NCBI GenBank assembly: GCA_964590575.1
Contig: CAZPWM010000089.1
Coordinates: forward strand, 401 to 13,037
DNA length: 12,637 bases
DNA from: an uncultured archaeon
GTDB lineage: Archaea > Asgardarchaeota > Thorarchaeia > Thorarchaeales > Thorarchaeaceae
Reading direction: 5' to 3'
Shown here: positions 1 to 8,000 of the stretch, piece by piece
How positions within the stretch are numbered: the first letter of the stretch is position 1
Layout of the letters: each line of letters opens with the position of its first letter
Made by a program: the position numbers and the translations under genes
Notes under the pieces: model-generated
Seen by the model: only the letters and a program-made list of their open reading frames with translations
The model's database searches: none
Told to the model about the DNA's origin: nothing

Positions 1-935
1 AATAACGCCTGCACAACCAAGTATCCGGATGCAAAGAAGAAGGTCATAGTGGCAGCAAGCTCACCAGATATCTTCCATCTCGTTTCCATATCTGCTCGAC
101 TTGCTAATGTTAGCCCAACAGAACTTAAGGCATAGAGAAGGAAGAATATTGACAACCCCCCATCAATCAGAAGGGAGAACAGATCAATGGAGGCACTCAC
201 AGGTTTGAGGATGTTATACAGGAAATAGGCGACGTATAAGGAAATGAACAAACCTAGCATGGCGAGATTATCTACAGTGACTCTCTTACGTTCTCTAAGC
301 ATAATGAATCCGTTCAGGAAGTTGAATCCCAAAGCCAATAATGCACCAATCAATGCTGCTCCAACAACTATCCAATCGAAAAGCGCGGTAGTAGCAGCAT
401 ACCAGATGAATAGAATGATGAACGCTCCTATTACTATCACATAGCTTAGTATGTGCAAGGTGCCTAACAAGAAGGCGACTGGCCGGGACCTGCTTTTAAT
501 TTGAACACTTTCCGCATATCCCAACGCAGTTCTGGATGAAAGATATGCCTGAAATCCTATCCAGCCTAGGAAGGCAACACCAACAAGTATCCAGAAGACC
601 ATCCCTGTTAGCCACAACATGAGATATACAAACGCGCTAACGACAATCCAAGTTATGAATAAAACAAGGGATCTCGTATATGATTCTTCGCTAGCCACAA
701 AACGCTGGAGTCCTAAAAGGGATAGAAACGCAGTGATCATGAAAAAGGTTGGGAAAATCCCACCAATTACAGCAATGAATCCTCCCGCTAATACTGGAAA
801 GAAGTTACCTAGTTCTCTAAACAGAAGCACAAAGACAGCTGAGAGAATGAATATGAAAAATAACCATCTCAACCTTTTCGATTGAAAGAACAATCTTAGA
901 CCTTTATTGAAGCGAGTTAGAACTGGAATATCCAT
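1..935 (-). CDS. Polytopic integral membrane protein of unknown function, 3'-truncated by the window edge (>=311 aa)
   Basis: Hand translation from ATG at 935 stays open to the window edge (MDIPVLTRFNKGLRLFFQSKRLRWLFFIFILSAVFVLLF...ELAATMTFFFASGYLVVQAL). About 9-10 hydrophobic segments. Strong RBS AGGAGG about 7 nt upstream. Missing from the ORF track because no stop lies in the window. Confidence 0.85.
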   Translation of the reverse strand, partial: MDIPVLTRFNKGLRLFFQSKRLRWLFFIFILSAVFVLLFRELGNFFPVLAGGFIAVIGGIFPTFFMITAFLSLLGLQRFVASEESYTRSLVLFITWIVVSAFVYLMLWLTGMVFWILVGVAFLGWIGFQAYLSSRTALGYAESVQIKSRSRPVAFLLGTLHILSYVIVIGAFIILFIWYAATTALFDWIVVGAALIGALLALGFNFLNGFIMLRERKRVTVDNLAMLGLFISLYVAYFLYNILKPVSASIDLFSLLIDGGLSIFFLLYALSSVGLTLASRADMETRWKISGELAATMTFFFASGYLVVQAL

Positions 936-942
936 TGTGTTT

Positions 943-948
943 TCCTCC
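943..948 (-). promoter_or_regulatory. Shine-Dalgarno site for the membrane protein gene
   Basis: Minus strand reads TAGGAGGAAAACACA-ATG (ATG at 935). Confidence 0.65.
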
Positions 949-977
949 TATGACGCAATCTACAATCTTCACTATCA

Positions 978-1451
978 CTATTTATTCTTGAGGATATGAA
1001 GAATTTCTGCCTCGAGGGTGTCTTTAACAGTTGGCTTTTCGATTAGAGTTCCTACCAAGTTCCCTTCAGCATCGTAGAAATTAAACCAGGGGATTGCTGT
1101 CACACCCCACTCATTAATTTCCGGGGGTGATGGCGGAATAGCCCATTGACGATCCGGGTCTAAAGGTGCGGTCTTGATTTTGCTAAAGACTAGGACCTCA
1201 AGTCCCAGTTGTTCTTCTATCTGCATCATCACAGGCATTGCTCGTTTGCAATCGCCACACCATGCAGCACTGAAGGCAATAACTGTGAGCCCTTTGAGGG
1301 CATCTCGAAGCTCGTCGACCACGTTGGTGTCAAGTTTGTAAGTGTTGTAGACTTCAAGGAATGTTACCTTGTCCTTATCTTTGAGTCCATCAATGTAGTC
1401 TCGTACGCTCGTTGTACGAGACCTTATTTCAGTAAGGTCGACCATGTTCAT
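978..1451 (-). CDS. Thioredoxin-fold protein (Thioredoxin_9-like), WCGDC active site
   Basis: VIAFSAAWCGDC..AMPVM motif (strand, CxxC, helix) and a cis-Pro-type 'VTAIPWF' followed by 'YDAEGNLVG'. Alternative start at ATG 1445. Only 42 nt upstream of the membrane protein gene, so probably co-transcribed. Confidence 0.88.
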   Translation of the reverse strand: MNMVDLTEIRSRTTSVRDYIDGLKDKDKVTFLEVYNTYKLDTNVVDELRDALKGLTVIAFSAAWCGDCKRAMPVMMQIEEQLGLEVLVFSKIKTAPLDPDRQWAIPPSPPEINEWGVTAIPWFNFYDAEGNLVGTLIEKPTVKDTLEAEILHILKNK

Positions 1452-1557
1452 ATCCCACTCACTGCCCTTCTAAAAGGCTCCGATACATCTAAGTACGGTA
1501 CACACAAAAGGATGATAAGATATCACAACCAATCAAGATTAGTTCATTCTGGGATCG

Positions 1558-2100
1558 GTGAACTGTGTGTCTGTTGAACTGTACAAAGCAATTATCGTTG
1601 GACCTCCTAACGTGGGAAAATCAAGTTTGGTTCGACGATATCAGAATGATGAATTCAGGGAGGCACACACTGCAACAATTGGTGCAGATCTCAGCGCAGC
1701 ATCTTTCGATTTTCCTGAAGGTCGGGTTGTGCTTACAATTGCTGACATTGGTGGACAGGAATCATTTACAGGACTTCGGAATCAGTTCTATCAAGGTGCA
1801 AATCATCTAATCATGGTCTATGATGTTACTATACGTTCGACCTTTGATAGGATAACAGACCTCCATGAAGCTCTGACAGAGAAGATTTGTATTCAACGTG
1901 AACACTTTCTTGGCGGCTCACTTGTTGCTAACAAGTCTGATATGAAGGATGAAGCCCAGGTCTCACCGCAAGAGGGTCAACTACTTGCAGACATCCTCAC
2001 GCTCAAATTCTTTGAAACCTCTGCAAAAACAGGGATGAATGTTAGTGAACTTTTCCATTTTGCAGCTGCTGAGTCGCAACGGCTTAGACATAATCGCTAG
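1558..2100 (+). CDS. Rab-like small GTPase (Ras superfamily; eukaryotic-signature type)
   Basis: G1 GPPNVGKS, G2 Thr (HTATIG), G3 DIGGQ, G4 NKSD, G5 ETSAK. RabF-like segments IGADL, FYQGA and MVYDVT. No C-terminal Cys. The true start may be GTG 1567, which has GGTGA at 1557-1561 as an RBS. Confidence 0.92.
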   Translation: MNCVSVELYKAIIVGPPNVGKSSLVRRYQNDEFREAHTATIGADLSAASFDFPEGRVVLTIADIGGQESFTGLRNQFYQGANHLIMVYDVTIRSTFDRITDLHEALTEKICIQREHFLGGSLVANKSDMKDEAQVSPQEGQLLADILTLKFFETSAKTGMNVSELFHFAAAESQRLRHNR

Positions 2101-2126
2101 ACCATACACTTCCTTCTATTCTTCTT

Positions 2127-3506
2127 CTACTGCGTAGCAGCAGTCATCCGACAGTTTCGTATTCTCAGCGTGGAGATGATGGTCGGAGTTAACACTTCCC
2201 ACCAGTAGACTTGTGTGCGATCGTTACCAAGGGCATCAATATTAGCAAACATCCGCATAGTGTTGTCACTAATTCTCATATTCTTGATGGGTTTCATTTC
2301 ACCTCTTTCTACAAGAAACATTGCATCTCTGGGTATGGTTGAGAATTCTCCGGTTTGATAATTCTGAAATCTCGAATACCAATTACAAGTGACATAGATT
2401 GTTGGTCTACTGACATCAAGAAGCTCATCAATTGATTGATCTCCATTTTCAAAGACTATGTTAGACGCGCCTGGGAGCAGCATCTTCATGCCTACTCCGA
2501 GACTTGCCATTCGAGAACTCCCTGTAGTTTCTGTATCATACATTTTTGCGGTAGTTGTATTATGGACTAAACTCTTGAGTACACCTTTATCGACTATCTT
2601 AGTCGTTCGGCTAGGACTTCCTTCCCAATCATAGGGAGTGCTATTCAGACCTCCGTTGTAGAGTGAATCATCATAAGCAGTGATGAATTCAGGTGCTATT
2701 TGCTCGCCCATTCTATCTTGGAGCGGCGACAATCCCATCATGATATAGAATGGATTTGCTAATTCTGGAATACTACCAAGAACATTTGCTGCTACGGTCG
2801 GTGTTAGTACGAGGTCATATGTGCCAGGATTTCCTTGAACCGCTCCAATCGCAAGCTTGGATAATCTACCTGCTTTTGCTCCTGCTTCAAGCATTTCCTT
2901 CTCTGATTCTGATGGAATGGTCCCACATGCCAACCCTTGACCCGAGTAATCGAGTTGATCTTGCAGTGCCCTAACATTGAGGTCAAAAGTTGTGCCTTTG
3001 TTATTGCCTTCAGGACCTAAACTAGAACGGAAAAAGGAATCACTCTTGGTGATCATCATTGCACCTGCAACTCTTTTTGCGCCTTCCTGTAGGGCTCGGT
3101 CTATGACTGAGTTGACAACTTCAGGAGCTTTCTCAACGAATGAATCTATTTTGGAATCGTAATTATCTCTTAACTCTGAGTAAGGTTGAACGTTATTCTC
3201 AAGTCCAGCAAAGAACATAGAATCTGGAAGAATTTCGGTGAAGGCTATCACTCCATCAATTGCGCTCTCTATATCATCCTCTGAAGAGATGGCTTGTTCA
3301 GTCGTACCTGTTTTCTTACCTTTGACTACAACGAATAGTTCAAGCTGGAGTTCTTCCCACCTTTTACTTATATCAATGGAGCTTTGTGAGAATCTTATTT
3401 GTGAATTCTTGGTCTGTACAGCTCTAGCAATGATACCATCTGTCTTACTACTGCCATATTTAATAGCGTAATCTACAATATTCTTCAGGTTTTCAGCGCT
3501 ATTCAT
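2127..3506 (-). CDS. pmbA: PmbA/TldE family protein (non-catalytic partner of TldD)
   Basis: 459 aa with TldD/PmbA family segments: 'IRFSQSSI', 'PGTYDLVLTP', 'PYDWEGSP', 'IVDKGVLKS', 'TGEFS', 'KNMRISDN'. No HExxH motif. Its ATG overlaps the tldD stop (TAATG at 3504-3508). Confidence 0.88.
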   Translation of the reverse strand: MNSAENLKNIVDYAIKYGSSKTDGIIARAVQTKNSQIRFSQSSIDISKRWEELQLELFVVVKGKKTGTTEQAISSEDDIESAIDGVIAFTEILPDSMFFAGLENNVQPYSELRDNYDSKIDSFVEKAPEVVNSVIDRALQEGAKRVAGAMMITKSDSFFRSSLGPEGNNKGTTFDLNVRALQDQLDYSGQGLACGTIPSESEKEMLEAGAKAGRLSKLAIGAVQGNPGTYDLVLTPTVAANVLGSIPELANPFYIMMGLSPLQDRMGEQIAPEFITAYDDSLYNGGLNSTPYDWEGSPSRTTKIVDKGVLKSLVHNTTTAKMYDTETTGSSRMASLGVGMKMLLPGASNIVFENGDQSIDELLDVSRPTIYVTCNWYSRFQNYQTGEFSTIPRDAMFLVERGEMKPIKNMRISDNTMRMFANIDALGNDRTQVYWWEVLTPTIISTLRIRNCRMTAATQ

Positions 3507-4948
3507 TATCCTACACCTCCAAGTCTAATGTTTCTGAATCTGATCTCTCCGCCACCCGCATACACGGGAGCTCCTTGAGATGGATCACCTTTTCCGCAAG
3601 TACCAGGAAAGTCGAAACTCAGATTCTTTGAAACAGCATCAATAGCAGTTAACATCCCAATGCTTGTTGTTTCCATTATTGGCCTCTTAACCATAGTATC
3701 AGTGATTTCCCCATTCTTAATCAAATAGGATTCAGAGCCAGTGTACTTTGACTGGTAGCGTCTGTCATCTATGTTCCATTCTTGGAAGCTTCTCATAAAC
3801 ACACCAAGCTTCACGTCCTCAACAAGTTCATCAAATGAGTAGTTACCTGGCTCAAAGAAGGTGTTTGCCATTCTGATAATGGGCTCTCGATTGAACGCTG
3901 TTGAGCGTGCAGCAGCATTCGAGCCTAGACCAAATTTAGTGCCAAACTCCCTATTGAGAAGTGGTTCGTTGACAATCCCCTTTTTAATGAGCTCACGCTT
4001 TCTCGCTTTCACACCTTCATCATCGTAAACATAGTGTCCAGAAGTTTTCTGAATTGTTGGGTCCTCACTCACATTCACAGCATCTGATCCAACCCGTGAC
4101 TCACCAATCTTGAGGTCTCTCCAGAAGCTTTCTCCTGCTTGGGCTCCTTCTCGCCCCATGATACGATCCCCTTCACTAGGATGTCCGACATTCTCATGCG
4201 CGATGATGCCTGCTACTTCCGGTCCAACTACCATATCGATTGGTTGCTTCAACAATTCTTCGAGTTTGACAGCAGTTTCTGCTGCTTTCCTGAGCCTAGA
4301 AACCTCATCCTTCAGATTATCTATGACATTCGATTCACGTATTCTTTCCCAACCGCCCGCTTGAGTCATATCAAGAAATCTCTGTTCTGAACCTCCAGGT
4401 GCCTGAGCAGTCAGAATTGCATGCATGAGAATATACGATAATTGACTCTCGATCTTTGTTCCTTCACTTGTTACTAGATATTTGTTTGTTACTTTGGGAT
4501 TAAGGAAGAAGATGTATGCTGCAAGTCCTTCCATTTGCTTGTTCATTTCTGCTGAGAACTCTTGCATTGTGTCTATATCGATATCAGCAAGTTGTTCCTT
4601 AGCTTCCATCTTCCATTTTGCATCTGTAGAAAACGGTTCCCCTAAATCAATTGGTTCTTTTCTTCTAGCATTTTTAGCCATCTTGTATGCAGTTGTGATT
4701 GATTCTTCTGCTAAGTTTTTCTCTAACCTGTCAAATGATGCAAAACCCATGCTGCCTTTGACAAGTATCCGTACCCCTATTCCTGATGAAGGAGTGACTC
4801 CTCCAGACACTGGTTGTCCATTTCTGAACGCGAGACCTCTTGACATATCCTTGACAAATCTAGCCTCAACATAGCTTCCTCCGAGTTTGCTCCCAAACTC
4901 AATACAGTATTCTGCAAGATCCTTTCCGTCTTTCAATTTAGACACCAA
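3506..4948 (-). CDS. tldD: TldD family zinc metalloprotease (catalytic subunit)
   Basis: HENVGHPSEGDR (HExxGH), 'YDDEGVKA', 'PIIRMANTFFEPG' and the metal-ligand Cys in 'GTCGKG'. The ORF track starts at 5005. TTG 4948 or GTG 4945 is more likely, since GGTGA lies at 4956-4960 and the longer start would leave only 40 nt before the divergent gene. Confidence 0.92.
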   Translation of the reverse strand: MVSKLKDGKDLAEYCIEFGSKLGGSYVEARFVKDMSRGLAFRNGQPVSGGVTPSSGIGVRILVKGSMGFASFDRLEKNLAEESITTAYKMAKNARRKEPIDLGEPFSTDAKWKMEAKEQLADIDIDTMQEFSAEMNKQMEGLAAYIFFLNPKVTNKYLVTSEGTKIESQLSYILMHAILTAQAPGGSEQRFLDMTQAGGWERIRESNVIDNLKDEVSRLRKAAETAVKLEELLKQPIDMVVGPEVAGIIAHENVGHPSEGDRIMGREGAQAGESFWRDLKIGESRVGSDAVNVSEDPTIQKTSGHYVYDDEGVKARKRELIKKGIVNEPLLNREFGTKFGLGSNAAARSTAFNREPIIRMANTFFEPGNYSFDELVEDVKLGVFMRSFQEWNIDDRRYQSKYTGSESYLIKNGEITDTMVKRPIMETTSIGMLTAIDAVSKNLSFDFPGTCGKGDPSQGAPVYAGGGEIRFRNIRLGGVG

Positions 4949-5045
4949 CTTTGTTTCACCTAGAACTCCCAGATAAAGACTCTGAATCATAATACTTAAC
5001 CACATAATTCAAAACACTATACATAATCCCTACTCAGAGGCTTAG

Positions 5046-6377
5046 ATGATGATTGAGGAAGTGAACAGAAAGAAATGGATGGCAATCTATGCGTTTCTAA
5101 TAATGGATGTAGTCCAGATTCTAATAGTATCTGCGCTTTATGTAGGCCATCCAACCTTCGTGTTGGGATTTGACTTTTCCAACTCTAATCCTATCATATC
5201 AGTTTCGTTGTTCTTTTCCATCAGTTTCATGCAAATTATAATGCTCTATATTGCAGCCTCCTCGATGCTTAGACAAAAGGATTTGGTCTGTCTTTATCCA
5301 AAATTTGATGCTGAAACTGAATGGAGAAGCAGATATTCTCGCGAAGACATTGTGAGCTGGACTCGTACTCTAGCGAAACAGAGCAAGGTCAAAGTTGATA
5401 AGATTTTTTTGATGAACTCTCCTCTTCCCAACGCTTTCACATTTAATCTTCCTCTACTAGGCTCAATCGTTGTTGTTCACAGCAATACACTGGAGGTTTT
5501 GAACGAGGATGAAGTTAAGGCAATAATAACTCATGAAATAGGGCACATCGTGAATCGTGATTCGCTCGTTCAAATTCTTGCAAGGATGCCTTCATTCTTT
5601 ATTGATCTAATCTATCTCTACATCTACATACTTCTTGGAGTTGGGATTGCAAATGCCATATTTTTCGATGCAGACCTTCTTCTCGCAGGAATTCGTCTAG
5701 CTGTACTTGGTGCATTCTTTTTTGTATCAAGAATACTTGCTGCAATATCCAAGATATTCATGCAAAGAGCGTCACGATTAGCAGAACTAATGAGTGATTA
5801 TCATGCAGCATCCATTCTTGGACATGAGGCAACAATCAATGCACTCATTCGCTTGGGTCAACGCGTTGAGGCGATTACTGTGTTGGTCGAAGAAATACGT
5901 TGGCTAGAGTCACTTAACCCCGAGCGTTCCGGTGTGATTACAAATGCTGAACTCATCCATATGATTACACACTATCCACTAGATGGCATCGATGAGGTAA
6001 ACGCTCGACAGGTTGCGCCGGGAGTTTTTCTGTCGACTAGACTGAAACGAATGCGAGAGGTATACGGAATTCAGCTGACAGATGAACAGATTCAGACTGC
6101 TGTGGATGCTGCAATTCCTGAATTACGGAAGAAGCGTGATGATGTCAAACCCGTTTCAGAAACAACCAAGGAACTTCAAGTTGTGGATTGGAGGAAAGTC
6201 GACTACAACATGGATCGACGTCTTTCAACTGAGGAATTAGTTGCCCTTCTAAAGATACTCCGCAAAAATCCAAAGAAGATGCTCTTTGATAGTGAGGTTG
6301 GAGCAAATCTACTTACCCTTGACCATCCTAACTTTAGAAGTCGGGTTCTGTTCATTGCTGATGAATTTGGTCTATAG
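5046..6377 (+). CDS. M48 (HtpX/Ste24-like) membrane zinc metalloprotease with a C-terminal insertion
   Basis: Two N-terminal TM segments, 'PNAF', EVKAIITHEIGH (H163-H167), two further TMs, third zinc ligand in 'RLAELMSD' (E247) and a C-terminal 'DHPNFRSR' (H427). Confidence 0.9.
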   Translation: MMIEEVNRKKWMAIYAFLIMDVVQILIVSALYVGHPTFVLGFDFSNSNPIISVSLFFSISFMQIIMLYIAASSMLRQKDLVCLYPKFDAETEWRSRYSREDIVSWTRTLAKQSKVKVDKIFLMNSPLPNAFTFNLPLLGSIVVVHSNTLEVLNEDEVKAIITHEIGHIVNRDSLVQILARMPSFFIDLIYLYIYILLGVGIANAIFFDADLLLAGIRLAVLGAFFFVSRILAAISKIFMQRASRLAELMSDYHAASILGHEATINALIRLGQRVEAITVLVEEIRWLESLNPERSGVITNAELIHMITHYPLDGIDEVNARQVAPGVFLSTRLKRMREVYGIQLTDEQIQTAVDAAIPELRKKRDDVKPVSETTKELQVVDWRKVDYNMDRRLSTEELVALLKILRKNPKKMLFDSEVGANLLTLDHPNFRSRVLFIADEFGL

Positions 6378-7830
6378 CTTCAATAAACTTCTCATTATTG
6401 ATGCGATCATCTTCAGTGTGGTTTGTTCCTCTTAATGATGAAATCACAGCTGCGAAAATGCAAAGAATTGAGAAAACCCATATTGTCATCACAACTGCTT
6501 GACTATATCCTGCAACAAATACTGGACCTGATACAAGACCACTCGGATTTGTCATGAGGAAGAATATTGAAAATATGGTGGTGACTAGCGCAGTTGCGAT
6601 TGAGAATCCAGTTGTTCTGGCGAGATTTGTAAGTGCACTGACTACACCCATGTATTGCTTTGGCGCTGAGGTCATTATGAAGTTGCCATTTGCTACACTG
6701 AAGAAGGATAGTCCTGTTCCCATAAATGCTACACCAACAATCATAAACAGTACATTCGGGATTGCAAACGCAATAATCACTAGACCACCTAATTGGATGA
6801 GTAAACCGATGACCGTCTGTAATTTTGCGCGAACTCTTTCAGACACGAATCCTGCAACCGGACCGGTTACTGAGATCATGATTGGCTGTACCATCAGGAA
6901 AATTCCGGTCATTGACTGATTAAAGCCAAGTGCGTCTTGAAGGTAGAATGGTAGAAGGAATGAGATTGGTACCATCGCCATGTACGCTAATAGGGCTGAG
7001 AAGATACTTGCAGATATTTTTCTGTCCGCTAACACTCTTGTAGCAATTATGGGCGAATGGAAGGTCCGTTCTCTAAGCAGGAACGCCAAAAAGGTGATGA
7101 AGAATGCCTCTATCATCAATACCGAGATTCCGAATGATACTTCTGTAGCCACTGTGAAGAAATAAATCAGAATAAACAAGAAGCTGAAGAAGAGAACAGC
7201 TCCTGGTGTATCAAACTTGATTTCTTTCACCTGTTCAGTTTGTGGGACTACGTATTGCACAACTAGCAATCCTATAACACCAATTGGTAGATTGACAAGG
7301 AAAATACTTGGCCAACCAAAAAACTGAGTCAAGAGTCCACCAAGAACTGGTCCCGTTCCGAGAGCAGCTGCAAGCACTACGGAATTCATTCCAATAGCTC
7401 TTCCTCGGTTCTGGGGTGTAGTGAAGTAAGTAACCAGAGCTAGACCGTTTGCTGAAATCATACTAGCTCCGAGAGCTTGGAAGACCCGTGCAGCCACTAG
7501 CATCTCAAGACCGATTGAGATTGCACAGAGAAGCGATCCTGAAATGAATACTAGCATACCTAGCTGGAAAACTCTCGTTTTGCCAAGTCGGTCTCCAAGT
7601 TTGCCCATGAGCGGCATTGCTGAAGTCATAATAAGCAGATACGCAACTACTACCCATTGGATTGCCAATATTGTTACGCCAAAACTATTCTGCATGGTGA
7701 AAAGTGAAACATTCACTATAGATGAATCAAGAGCGCTTAGGAAAATCCCGAAACTTGTAGCTGCTACAATTTTATACGGACCTGGTGTGTCAGACCTGCC
7801 CAAATCGGGAATAGTTGAAGTTGACGTCAT
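6352..7830 (-). CDS. MFS drug:H+ antiporter, DHA2 (EmrB/QacA, 14-TMS) family
   Basis: Motif D1 'LDSSIVNVSL', motif A 'GKLGDRLGKTR', motif B 'LVAARVFQALG', antiporter motif C 'GTGPVLGGLL' and 'WPSIFLVNLPIG'. About 14 hydrophobic segments. Confidence 0.93.
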   Translation of the reverse strand: MTSTSTIPDLGRSDTPGPYKIVAATSFGIFLSALDSSIVNVSLFTMQNSFGVTILAIQWVVVAYLLIMTSAMPLMGKLGDRLGKTRVFQLGMLVFISGSLLCAISIGLEMLVAARVFQALGASMISANGLALVTYFTTPQNRGRAIGMNSVVLAAALGTGPVLGGLLTQFFGWPSIFLVNLPIGVIGLLVVQYVVPQTEQVKEIKFDTPGAVLFFSFLFILIYFFTVATEVSFGISVLMIEAFFITFLAFLLRERTFHSPIIATRVLADRKISASIFSALLAYMAMVPISFLLPFYLQDALGFNQSMTGIFLMVQPIMISVTGPVAGFVSERVRAKLQTVIGLLIQLGGLVIIAFAIPNVLFMIVGVAFMGTGLSFFSVANGNFIMTSAPKQYMGVVSALTNLARTTGFSIATALVTTIFSIFFLMTNPSGLVSGPVFVAGYSQAVVMTIWVFSILCIFAAVISSLRGTNHTEDDRINNEKFIEAIDQIHQQ

Positions 7831-8000
7831 CTATAGCATCATCACACAAGTATGTTAACAGAAAGTTTCTCTTTCCGGTGTTGTCTGCTTTATTGTTCTT
7901 GTGGTGGGGTTGTAATCAGAATTGGTACAGTCCATGTTAGAACCTAACAGCTCATCTCCAGATAAGAGAGATAGGATTTTTTAGAAGTCTGCTTTGTTCT

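Noticed and set aside
244-885. Plus-strand ORFs 244-444 and 619-885
   Set aside because: They are antisense shadows of the minus-strand membrane protein (1-935), with the N/K/T/P-rich composition typical of the reverse of hydrophobic codons.
4949-5005. N-terminal extension of TldD (MWLSIMIQSLYLGVLGETK) as a signal peptide
   Set aside because: More likely an over-called start. An RBS-like GGTGA precedes TTG 4948/GTG 4945, and TldD proteins are cytoplasmic.
5046-6377. M48 protease as a Ste24-like CaaX processor of the nearby GTPase
   Set aside because: The GTPase has no C-terminal Cys/CaaX motif, and the protease topology looks HtpX-like (about 4 TMs) rather than Ste24-like (7 TMs).
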